The translations under genes were made by a program, and so were the position numbers. A stretch of 64,000 nt of DNA from an uncultured delta proteobacterium. GTDB lineage: Bacteria > Desulfobacterota > BSN033 > UBA1163. Shown here piece by piece: positions 48,344 to 56,869 of this stretch. The stretch is from the NCBI GenBank assembly GCA_963827685.1, contig CAWHBU010000006.1, positions 64,001 to 128,000 on the forward strand, given 5' to 3'. The notes under the pieces are model-generated. The model saw only the letters and a list, made by a program, of their open reading frames with translations. It made no database searches and was not told where the DNA came from. Each line of letters begins with the position of its first letter. The first letter of the stretch is position 1.

Positions 48344-48811
48344 GCTATAAAATTTGAAGTTTAATTATTCAAAAAATTCCGAAACTCTTGGTTTTTACAT
48401 CCCCAGCCATAGACGAGTGTTCATTCTTCAATTCATCGATCACCTCCCTTTCGCCTTCAGTTTTCAGAGTTCCTTACAAATCACGATCCGAGATGACAAC
48501 CTCATTCCCCTCTAAAATTTTTCTTGCAAATCGATTTACCTTAGGATATATTATATTTTGAATGCGATAATTAGTCAAGACCAAAAGCTTGGCTCCTGGT
48601 CGGCCAGGCAGAAAGGAGGAGAAAAGATTTAGCTGAAAGTAACTTTTTACTCTTTGCATACCTACCAATATTAACCAATTCAGTTTCCAACCTATCAACC
48701 CTCTAGAAAAGTGCTGGCAACAATTTTTTTGGAGTAAGGAGAATTTGGTCCCTTTGGCGGACTGACTTTTTCGAGCTATTTTCTTCACCAGATAGAAAGA
48801 AGGATTGATTA

Positions 48812-49117
48812 ATGGACCAACCTACATTGAAATTTTTGGAATCACAACTCCAAGCCGCAAAAGATTTTATGGCTTATGCAAAACATATGGACTTCGTCAT
48901 TTATTCCGAATTTGCCCCAGGGGACTACCTGAAAATTGCCAGGGGGTTAAAAAAAATTGTTTCGGACGATAAGACTGCCGACAAAAAATGGGCGAGAGAT
49001 ACCCTTTATGCAATAGAGGGACTTTTTTCAAATCTTCCCAATCTCCAAAAAAGAGTAAAGTATGCGAACGACAAGGTTTTGCGGGAATCAATAAAATCCA
49101 AAAAACCAAAGCCATGA
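48812..49117 (+). CDS. Hypothetical protein
   Basis: 101-aa ORF preceded by AAGGA; divergent from xis-int. Confidence 0.5.
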   Translation: MDQPTLKFLESQLQAAKDFMAYAKHMDFVIYSEFAPGDYLKIARGLKKIVSDDKTADKKWARDTLYAIEGLFSNLPNLQKRVKYANDKVLRESIKSKKPKP

Positions 49118-49287
49118 TAGGCACACAGCCATAATTAATAAGATTGGGAAATTAGGCGGCCATGTGAGTAAGGAATCAATTGATTTTTGGCTGCATCAAT
49201 TCCCTAGATGGAGAAAAGGGGGTGAAAAAGAAGGGGGCCGTATAAGAAATTTACTTCAACAAAAGGAGAGGAGGGAAAGGAGATAAA

Positions 49288-49458
49288 ATGAAAAAGACAA
49301 AAGAAGACCTCATTCAATTAATTAAAGACAAAATAGGTGAAATCAATTCATTGATATCTGAACTTGAGAAAGAAGTCTTAGAACCCGAACAACTTGAATC
49401 TCAAAAGCAAAAAGTAATGCGAACACCAAAGACTATTGATTGGTCCGAAATTAAGTGA
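49288..49458 (+). CDS. Small hypothetical coiled-coil protein (56 aa, below the ORF-track cutoff)
   Basis: AAAGGAG RBS; MKKTKEDLIQLIKDKIGEINSLISELEKEV...DWSEIK; first of three closely spaced ORFs. Confidence 0.6.
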   Translation: MKKTKEDLIQLIKDKIGEINSLISELEKEVLEPEQLESQKQKVMRTPKTIDWSEIK

Positions 49459-49476
49459 AGGGAGGAGAAGAAGAAG

Positions 49477-49722
49477 ATGAAGGCGTTGGATGAGATGATT
49501 GGTAAGAAGGTGGTTGTGGAAAGTTTTTATCACAAAGAAATTCACGGGATACTTGATTCAGTTGAAGAGCTGGGTGTGATTATTGATAGGCAAATATTTA
49601 TCCCCATGCGTGCTGTTTTTAGAATCTATTTAGAGGAGAGATTTGAAGGGGATAAGAAAGAGGAGAGTGAGAAAAAGAAACCAAACGTATTCTCTAATGA
49701 AGCAAAAGGTTTTGGATCATGA
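49477..49722 (+). CDS. Small protein with an Sm/LSm-like pattern
   Basis: GGAGG RBS; L..MIGK.V.V......+.G.L..+....+++....FIP...+..I. Confidence 0.6.
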   Translation: MKALDEMIGKKVVVESFYHKEIHGILDSVEELGVIIDRQIFIPMRAVFRIYLEERFEGDKKEESEKKKPNVFSNEAKGFGS

Positions 49723-51248
49723 TTGATGAAGAGAAACTCGAAGATATAAAAAGTTTCGTAAAACCATACTGGATGGCTTATGAACGAGGCCCATCAGAAT
49801 CTGTTGTGGAGAGTTTGCATGAGGTTGTTACTGAGGTCAGTGATACAGTTGTAAAAGATGATCCGTGGTTCCAAATGGTTAAGAAACATTCTGATGAAGC
49901 ATGGGATAGACTCCAAAAAATAAAATCTAAGCCTCAAACACAATCCGGGCCAGTTACTAAAAAAGGGAAGAAACCAAAAGCAGAATTTGCCCTATCTGAA
50001 AGAGGAATTAATAAAAGCCTTACACCAATCACTAAAAAGCCTGGAAAAGAGCTTACATTTCCAATTGAGTTAACGATAAATGGTGAGAGGTACGCTACCA
50101 GCGACTATTTTGGAGCACGAAACTTCATGATGATGGACCTGCTTTCTTTTCTTATCCTCCAAAAGGCGGGGTTTCCGAAGAAACGAATTACGTTGTTTAA
50201 TAGTATGGAGGATATTGAAAGGAGGGAGAAAGAGATAGAAGAGGAAAGGAAGGAATCGGAAAAGGAACGCGAAGAACTGGATATGGAACACGGAGGGCTG
50301 GATAAACCAAAAAAACCTATGACTCAAGAGGAATTACTCAGCTATTTTAAAAATGTAAAATATTGGGTGAGGTTTGATACTGATTTTTTTAGGAGGTTTA
50401 CAGGAAAAGAAAATGCTGAATCTAATGAAGTTCTCAATCTCCTTCTTCAAACATCCGCAAAGTTCATTATTTCATATCCTGTCCGAGTGCCGGTTGATGA
50501 AGAAGGCAAAATTCAAGAAAAGAAATATACCAACAAAATATTCACGAGTTTCTTCAATGCGGCGTGGATAGATGAAAAAGATAAGAATGGTGAAGTGAAA
50601 CATCGAACGTTCTATGCCTTTTTCAATACTGTCCTTGGAGAAATGTTTGTCAACAATCTCCTTTCCAAGGGATACGATATCATCGGCACCCGTCTATATC
50701 AATTATCATCTCTATCTCAGGTGTTTTTCAGACGGTTCATCGTTCACCATTCTCACTACGCTTCTCAGGTGATCGGTCTCCAGAGAATAAAAGAAGGGTT
50801 GAATCTTGGGGATGAAAATAAATCTCAATTATTAAACTACATCAAATCAGGAGCTCTTGAACCGTTGAAAAAAGCTGGTGCAATATCCTATTATGAGACA
50901 AGAGAGGGGATCAATGGTACTGAAATTGTAATCCAGAGATCGGATCGAAAGTATCTCATTTATCGCCGGAGATTGGAGTCCAAAAGAAAGAAGGGGAAAT
51001 CAAAACAATACCATGGCGGGAAAGTGGAGGGACAAGAGCAGAAAAAGTGGAATCAACGGGTTTTGGAAAGGAAATCAACGGGTTTTGTAAAAATAAGAGC
51101 CTTTAAATGGTTGAATTCATTCACCTTGTTATTTCCTATAATATTAAATAAAATTAAAAGGTTTTCCTTACCTCCTAAAGTCGGTAAGTCAAACCTCCAA
51201 AAACCAAATACCACAGAATCTCTTACTTCCTCTTCTGAGAAGGAGTAA
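49719..51248 (+). CDS. Putative plasmid-type replication initiator (TrfA/Rep winged-helix-like)
   Basis: C-terminal region LYQLSSLSQVFFRRF..H......IGL..I.E.L.L.......L...I...ALE.L...GAI resembles Rep winged helices; overlaps the upstream ORF (ATGA); repeats near the 3' end. Confidence 0.5.
   Translation: MIDEEKLEDIKSFVKPYWMAYERGPSESVVESLHEVVTEVSDTVVKDDPWFQMVKKHSDEAWDRLQKIKSKPQTQSGPVTKKGKKPKAEFALSERGINKSLTPITKKPGKELTFPIELTINGERYATSDYFGARNFMMMDLLSFLILQKAGFPKKRITLFNSMEDIERREKEIEEERKESEKEREELDMEHGGLDKPKKPMTQEELLSYFKNVKYWVRFDTDFFRRFTGKENAESNEVLNLLLQTSAKFIISYPVRVPVDEEGKIQEKKYTNKIFTSFFNAAWIDEKDKNGEVKHRTFYAFFNTVLGEMFVNNLLSKGYDIIGTRLYQLSSLSQVFFRRFIVHHSHYASQVIGLQRIKEGLNLGDENKSQLLNYIKSGALEPLKKAGAISYYETREGINGTEIVIQRSDRKYLIYRRRLESKRKKGKSKQYHGGKVEGQEQKKWNQRVLERKSTGFVKIRAFKWLNSFTLLFPIILNKIKRFSLPPKVGKSNLQKPNTTESLTSSSEKE
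51051..51087 (+). repeat. Two 15-bp direct repeats AATCAACGGGTTTTG with a 22-bp period (iteron-like)
   Basis: Exact copies at 51051 and 51073, followed by AT-rich DNA. Confidence 0.7.
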
Positions 51249-52021
51249 GGTAAGAAGTAAGTCAAATCCAAATGGCAGGAGAAACGGCTTTAGCTTTTGA
51301 CATAGTCACAATTCAAAAAATTCAGTTTCTGTTCTTCTTCTAATAAATCCAATTGTGCCAGAATCTCTTATTTTTTATTTCAGTTTAAATTAACCATCTC
51401 TGAAATAGAAATATAAGCTTTCTTTATCACATCTCCTTTGGATAAGAAATATTCAACTACCGCCGGAGTCTCTTCCCTTCTTATAAATTCAAATATTAAA
51501 GTTATCTCTTCATCATTCATTTACATTTAATTGAACAGCGAGCTGACCAGTTAGTATGGCCCGAGTCCCCTGTGTCGGATTCGTTGGGTTGGTGTGATGC
51601 GGTAATGAGGGTAGACTGCATCAGGAATTTGTGGGGTTTTTACTTGGTTGGAATCATTCGGATATTTATGCGGGAAATTGGTGGTTCACTGTTAATACCG
51701 CCCTCTCCACTTAATGAATAATAAGACACATTGTTCATAAAGATAAAGCCACGGAGGAAATTAAGGGAGAATGGAGACTACCCTCTCTGCTTTTAAGATA
51801 TAAATTCAAGATCACTGTCTGTTCTCTGTATTACAGGAGTGTCGTCAACTCGCACCATCCGTACACGGGCACAAAATGAACAACTTCGAATATAATGATT
51901 CAGCATCAAAGGTCTTGGCCAGAGCCTTTTCTGGCAAAGATAAGGAATCACTTTGCTGAAGAGTAGATTTTATTTTATAGTTTCCACTCTAAACGAAATA
52001 AAATTCCATGAGGTTTTAAGA

Positions 52022-53446
52022 ATGAAATATCAATGGGTTGTTCTTACAGTGACAACAGTCGGAATCTTGATGGCAGGAATTGACTCCAGGATTGTCATCA
52101 TTGGTCTTCCCCAAGTAGCTTCAGCATTGGGAGCTGATGTAGAACAAGCAATATGGTTCACCCAATCGTATGTGCTCGGAACGACAATAGCTCTGCTGTT
52201 AATAGGAAGAATAAGCGACATAGTAGGAAGAGTTAAGATTTATAGTTTAGGTTTTACAATTTTCACTCTTGGCTCCGCATTAACTAGCCTTTCCCGAACT
52301 CCTCTTCAATTCATTCTATTCCGAGCCATTCAAGGAATAGGAGCAGGCATGCTCTTTACGAATAGCCTTGCGATCGTTGTAGATGCAACTCCAAAGAAAG
52401 AACTCGGTTTTGCCCTGGGTGTGAATCAGACTGCATTTAGATTCGGTGCAATGGCTGGGCTGACTGTCAGCGGCTTGATCCTATCCTTTCTGGACTGGCG
52501 GGCACTGTTCTACCTGAATGTCCCAATAGGTATATTCGGAACGATATGGGCTCATCGGAGACTAAAGGAAATGGCAAAATTAGAAACAGGTGCAAAGATA
52601 GATTTGTTTGGTTTTATAGCATTTTCAATTTCATTACTTACCTTCCTGCTTGCTTTAACCTATCAAGCTTACGGATTATCAGAAGAATTTACCGTTTATT
52701 GTTTCTTCATCATCAGTGCAATAGCTGCCGTAGTGTTTATAGTAAGTGAGAGAAAGCAATTGCATCCATTACTTGATCTCCGGTTGTTTAGAATAAGAGA
52801 GTTCACCGGTGGTATCATCGCGCTAATGCTGAATGCAGTCGCTTGGGGTGCCATGTTGCTATTGATCAGCCTTTACTTCCAACTCATCCTTGATTTGAGT
52901 CCGCTTGATGCAGGGATAAGAATCATTCCGTTCGACGGTGCTTTTTTGATTTGTGGGCTTATCAGTGGAAGACTTTCTGACAAATATGGCCATCTCCCTT
53001 TCACAACATTAGGACTGGCTTTCATGAGCCTATCTCTTTATGCCTTCTCTACTCTTACCGAAACAACTTCATTTTTACATATAATTGTTTACTTGGTTAT
53101 CTTAGGGATTGGTTGCGGGGGATTCGTCTCGCCAAACATGAGTGCGATCATGAGCTCTGTACCTGCGGAAAGGAGAGGAATAGCATCAGCATTAAGGGCG
53201 ACTGCTTTCAACGTGGGTTTTGTCATAAGCCTGAATTTGGCAATCTCAATAATGACGTTCACTGTTCCGTTCTCGATTGTAACGAAAATGCTATCATCAA
53301 TTAATGGAATAGGGATATCCCAGGCGGACAAAATGCTCTTCATGAAAGGAATGAACAATACCTATCTGTGGCTCGCAGTCATCAACTCTGCTGCAATTCC
53401 GCCTTCTGTCCTTAGAGGAGGCAGAAAGCAGACAGATCAAACATGA
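52022..53446 (+). CDS. MFS drug-efflux transporter (DHA2/EmrB-QacA-like)
   Basis: D.RIV.IGLP, GR+SD..GR, R.+QG+G, W...F..NVPIG, E.....PLLDL.LF. Confidence 0.9.
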   Translation: MKYQWVVLTVTTVGILMAGIDSRIVIIGLPQVASALGADVEQAIWFTQSYVLGTTIALLLIGRISDIVGRVKIYSLGFTIFTLGSALTSLSRTPLQFILFRAIQGIGAGMLFTNSLAIVVDATPKKELGFALGVNQTAFRFGAMAGLTVSGLILSFLDWRALFYLNVPIGIFGTIWAHRRLKEMAKLETGAKIDLFGFIAFSISLLTFLLALTYQAYGLSEEFTVYCFFIISAIAAVVFIVSERKQLHPLLDLRLFRIREFTGGIIALMLNAVAWGAMLLLISLYFQLILDLSPLDAGIRIIPFDGAFLICGLISGRLSDKYGHLPFTTLGLAFMSLSLYAFSTLTETTSFLHIIVYLVILGIGCGGFVSPNMSAIMSSVPAERRGIASALRATAFNVGFVISLNLAISIMTFTVPFSIVTKMLSSINGIGISQADKMLFMKGMNNTYLWLAVINSAAIPPSVLRGGRKQTDQT

Positions 53447-53481
53447 GGAGTTCTTCAGAGGGGACGATCTGTTTGGGGTCA

Positions 53482-53660
53482 ATATTTGAGACAGCTGTTT
53501 AGGTGGGGGTAAAACACCTCCTTAACACCATTAAACACCCTTTTATAAGACGGTGGCTCTAACCCTAAAGGAAACAATGGAGGAGGCTGGAAGGGCTCTG
53601 CTGAAGATTGTCCCTGTAGAGGCTGAGGTGGTTATAGCAGACAGTTGGGCAGAGAAATAA
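53482..53660 (+). repeat. ~179-bp repeat copy 1, encoding a family-A DNA polymerase C-terminal remnant
   Basis: Similar to 60248-60425; translates to KTVALTLKETMEEAGRALLKIVPVEAEVVIADSWAEK*. Confidence 0.85.
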
Positions 53661-53842
53661 CACCGGCTTCTGACACTTCGCTACTTACCTTTGATATATT
53701 ATCAGTCTATTCTTTAGCTGGCTGGCGATTACATCTACAAGTCATTACTGGGGACCATATTCAAGAATCGAAGATTACAGGTTGAAAGTGTGTATGACGA
53801 GCAGATAGAAAAGGAATTAAGAAAAAGCGTTTTGCTCTTTCC

Positions 53843-54304
53843 TCAATTTTGTCTTCCCGAATCCTCGCGAAGATTTTCAAGAAATTTAGGAGGAATTTTG
53901 TAGCCCAAATCTTGTGCCTTTTTAATGTCCTTCCAAGATTTGTCGTATTCTTTATTTAAGTAATGGGCATTTGCTCGATTATAGTAGGCATCAGCACTCT
54001 TTGGGCCTATCTCAAGGGCCTTGGTGAAATCAAAGATCGCCCAATCAAATTGGCCTTTCTTCACATAGGCAATTCCCCGATGATAGTAGATGCCCGCATC
54101 CTTTGGGCCTATCTCAAGGGCCTTGGTGAAATCATCGACGGCCTGATCGAATTGACCTTTTTCCCCGTAGGCAATCCCACGATCGATGTAGAACTTAGCG
54201 TCCTTAGGCTTATCCTGTTTTTGTTGAGCGGAGGCATAGGAGAACAATAACAAGAGAACTATTGGCAGGATTATCCCTGTCAATTTATCCGCAGTATTTT
54301 TCAT
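53843..54304 (-). CDS. Exported TPR-repeat protein
   Basis: Signal peptide and three TPRs (Y..RG.AY..KG.+D.A..DF.KALEI.P); 102-nt internal duplication. Confidence 0.88.
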   Translation of the reverse strand: MKNTADKLTGIILPIVLLLLFSYASAQQKQDKPKDAKFYIDRGIAYGEKGQFDQAVDDFTKALEIGPKDAGIYYHRGIAYVKKGQFDWAIFDFTKALEIGPKSADAYYNRANAHYLNKEYDKSWKDIKKAQDLGYKIPPKFLENLREDSGRQN

Positions 54305-54644
54305 AGTTCCAATCAAAAAGCCGAACTTATCCCAGCGTTGGCTTTTTAGGTAAGTCGTTACTGGTAACTTGTTTATCAAGAAATGTGACATTTGTCAATC
54401 AGGCAATTCAATGTGTTTAAGGTATTAACAGAGCCAATGTATTTTGCCGATTACGGTTTGAAATCTGCATCATTAGAGCAAAATGACTTCTTGCAGATTT
54501 CAGGAAAGACCATGCGGTACAATACCCCATCGACAGTCCATCGAGCAGGCGGGGGATAGGGTTTATTTTTTTGGATAGAGACCTCGAGGACTTAAATCCA
54601 CAATGACTATTCACGAGTCTAGGTGTAAACTATTTGGCTACCCG

Positions 54645-55304
54645 TCAAACTAACCAGCCTTTCTCCCTCCAATAATCATATTCCGCTGACCACTCCTCTT
54701 TGTGGATTTCGATAATTCTTCGAAAGTAGTTCCTTCGAGACAGGACTTCTTCCATTTCACGAGAAAACTCGGTCTTCTTTCTCATCGCCTGTACCAAATT
54801 TCTTCCCAACTCACTTGCTCTTTTCTTGATCTCTTCAGTGACTGGAACCACGCTCGAGACACCACCCACATATTGGGCTCCGCATACCAAGGAATAATGA
54901 TGTATGTAGTCCAAAACCATTTGCTGAGGCCCCCCTCCGGCGGTCGCCACAGCTCCTACGTATTTCCCTAACAACCTCTGACAGTGAATGAAGTGGGTTG
55001 ATCGATCAAGAAAAGTCTTCAAATAGCCCGTAATATTATCGATATAGACAGGGCTCGCAAAAATAATCCCATCACTCTCCAGCATCTTGTTCAGCAAGAG
55101 ATGAACATCGTCTTTGATCGGGCAGACCATCAAGTTCTTATGACAAGACTCGCAGTGCCGGCAGAAGTCAATTTTTAAATCGCAAAGATGCACGACCTCT
55201 GTTTGTTCTCCCTCTTTTTCCGCTCCTGAAAGAACCTCTTTGAGTAGAAGGAAAGTATTACTTCTGTTCTTGCGGGGACTGGCTGAAATACCCAACAGTT
55301 TCAT
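54645..55304 (-). CDS. Flavodoxin-like/iron-sulfur flavoprotein (NADPH-dependent FMN reductase family)
   Basis: +GI.ASPR....NT, CxxCxxC-x6-C.IKDD, SPVY, LKTFLDR. Confidence 0.88.
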   Translation of the reverse strand: MKLLGISASPRKNRSNTFLLLKEVLSGAEKEGEQTEVVHLCDLKIDFCRHCESCHKNLMVCPIKDDVHLLLNKMLESDGIIFASPVYIDNITGYLKTFLDRSTHFIHCQRLLGKYVGAVATAGGGPQQMVLDYIHHYSLVCGAQYVGGVSSVVPVTEEIKKRASELGRNLVQAMRKKTEFSREMEEVLSRRNYFRRIIEIHKEEWSAEYDYWREKGWLV

Positions 55305-55663
55305 CTTTGTCTCCTCTCTTTTCTCTGGAATCGACTTCATTTTTATAGCAAAAGTTAGCGAAATAACTTTAAATCGAAGCGTGAGTACTTGTCAATCATT
55401 GTGTCCTGCTTGACGAATCTCACAACTGGATTTTCGAGTTGGCGGGCAGGACCCATTGCTGAATGGCATCAAGAGCGTGCCTGTAATCCGTTCAATTATC
55501 CTGAATGAAACTTAATCTGGCAGATGCCGTCAAATTATCTCGTGACGAACGAGTACACCTACGAGGAGTAAACTGCGAACAACAATCCACTCCTCGGTCT
55601 ACATGAAAAATAAGTATTTGCGTCTTTCAAGATTAGTGGTTTTCAACCAACCCTTCCCAGACT

Positions 55664-56446
55664 TCAGGTTTCTATATATTTCTCAAACCGCTCCAATTGG
55701 GCCTCCAGCGATTGTATTTCCTGATAGAGTATCTCGGCATCCTGGGCCAATGCAGGATCCTTGGCCAATCGTGCTATTCGTCGGGAGATCGTTCCGATGA
55801 TTGTAATTCGGTTCCGAAACGCATCGGCGGTTTGTTTAACCATGGCTTCCTTCTTTCGGTAAGATTCAATCAATTGCTCTGATAGCTCGGCCTTACCGAC
55901 GGCTGCTCCAATTAACTCCCCCACCACCTTTAGATACTCGAAATCTTGGCCTGAGATCGGAACCCCCTCTTTACCGGAATCGACAATTAAGGCCCCTACC
56001 TTTTTCTCTAATTGGGTTAGCGTATCCACATACCAGAGTGGAATGATGGCTTTGATCTTGACCCTCTCTGCCAGGGTATGCCGGTGGCCTTCGATCTCTT
56101 TTGGATCAGTCAGGTTTAAAGGTATCCCTTTTTCAACAATCCCCCATACAATGCTTTCCTTGTGAACTGAAACTTGTTCTATCGGGCACTCATAGCTGCC
56201 CACCCAACAATGAAGCTTTAGCTTGTCACCTTCCATGAGGACGTATCGGGCCCGCTTTCCCAATCTTTGACTAACGTGATCAAGACAGGTCTTGATAAGA
56301 TGATCCCGGTTCGTACACCAGCTTACCAACCGCGCAATTTCCAGGAGATCTTGGTAACGCTTGACCAAGTCCTCTGCTTCAATTTTTGGCTTTTTAGCCC
56401 TTATTTTGGTTCCCTTTGCATTAGGTCTAACTTGATTCCGATTCAT
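55664..56446 (-). CDS. GAF-domain protein with a C-terminal HisKA-like helix pair and no ATPase domain
   Basis: GAF pattern KAIIPL...VGAL.VD......D.E.L..+..LIG.A, then TADAFRNRIT.IG...RRI. Confidence 0.7.
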   Translation of the reverse strand: MNRNQVRPNAKGTKIRAKKPKIEAEDLVKRYQDLLEIARLVSWCTNRDHLIKTCLDHVSQRLGKRARYVLMEGDKLKLHCWVGSYECPIEQVSVHKESIVWGIVEKGIPLNLTDPKEIEGHRHTLAERVKIKAIIPLWYVDTLTQLEKKVGALIVDSGKEGVPISGQDFEYLKVVGELIGAAVGKAELSEQLIESYRKKEAMVKQTADAFRNRITIIGTISRRIARLAKDPALAQDAEILYQEIQSLEAQLERFEKYIET

Positions 56447-56546
56447 TAGCTTTTTAGATTACTCATCTTTTTGGGTGGAAGAAGAACCCCCGGTGGGCAA
56501 TGTGATCTATGGACTCAGCCTTGGAATATTGAGAATGTGTCCTACT

Positions 56547-56795
56547 TTAACTTACAATGGTGACGCAATTTTGGCCTCCAAAAGGATTTTCAACACAGCC
56601 TGTACAACCTGGATCGTTCTGCCAATCTCCATCCACATAGAATCTATACTGGTATGTTCTGGGGGTAAGATTGAGGGAAATCTTCCACACTCCTTTCTTA
56701 TCCTTTTTCATGGGATGACTTCCTGGATTCCAATCATTGAAATCCCCTGCAATGGAGATACTCCCTGCATGGGGTGCTGAAAAATTGAAGTCCAC
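56547..56795 (-). CDS. Stand-alone CBM48/AMPK-type glycogen-binding protein
   Basis: F.AP.A..+.+AGDFN.W, G.W.....L....YQY.F.VDG.W..DP, N.FG..N; start uncertain. Confidence 0.85.
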   Translation of the reverse strand: MDFNFSAPHAGSISIAGDFNDWNPGSHPMKKDKKGVWKISLNLTPRTYQYRFYVDGDWQNDPGCTGCVENPFGGQNCVTIVS

Positions 56796-56869
56796 TTTTT
56801 TAGTTTTTCCTTCTTTGCTTTCTCTTTTCCCAACGTCGTTTTGATCTCTGATCCTCCCTCCACTTATTT

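Noticed and set aside
51290-51520. Short minus-strand AT-rich ORF MNDEEITLIFEF...
   Set aside because: Only about 43 codons, with no RBS and no recognisable family; probably decayed cargo.
54001-54134. 32-nt direct repeat as a non-coding element
   Set aside because: The 102-nt period equals one TPR unit within the coding sequence.
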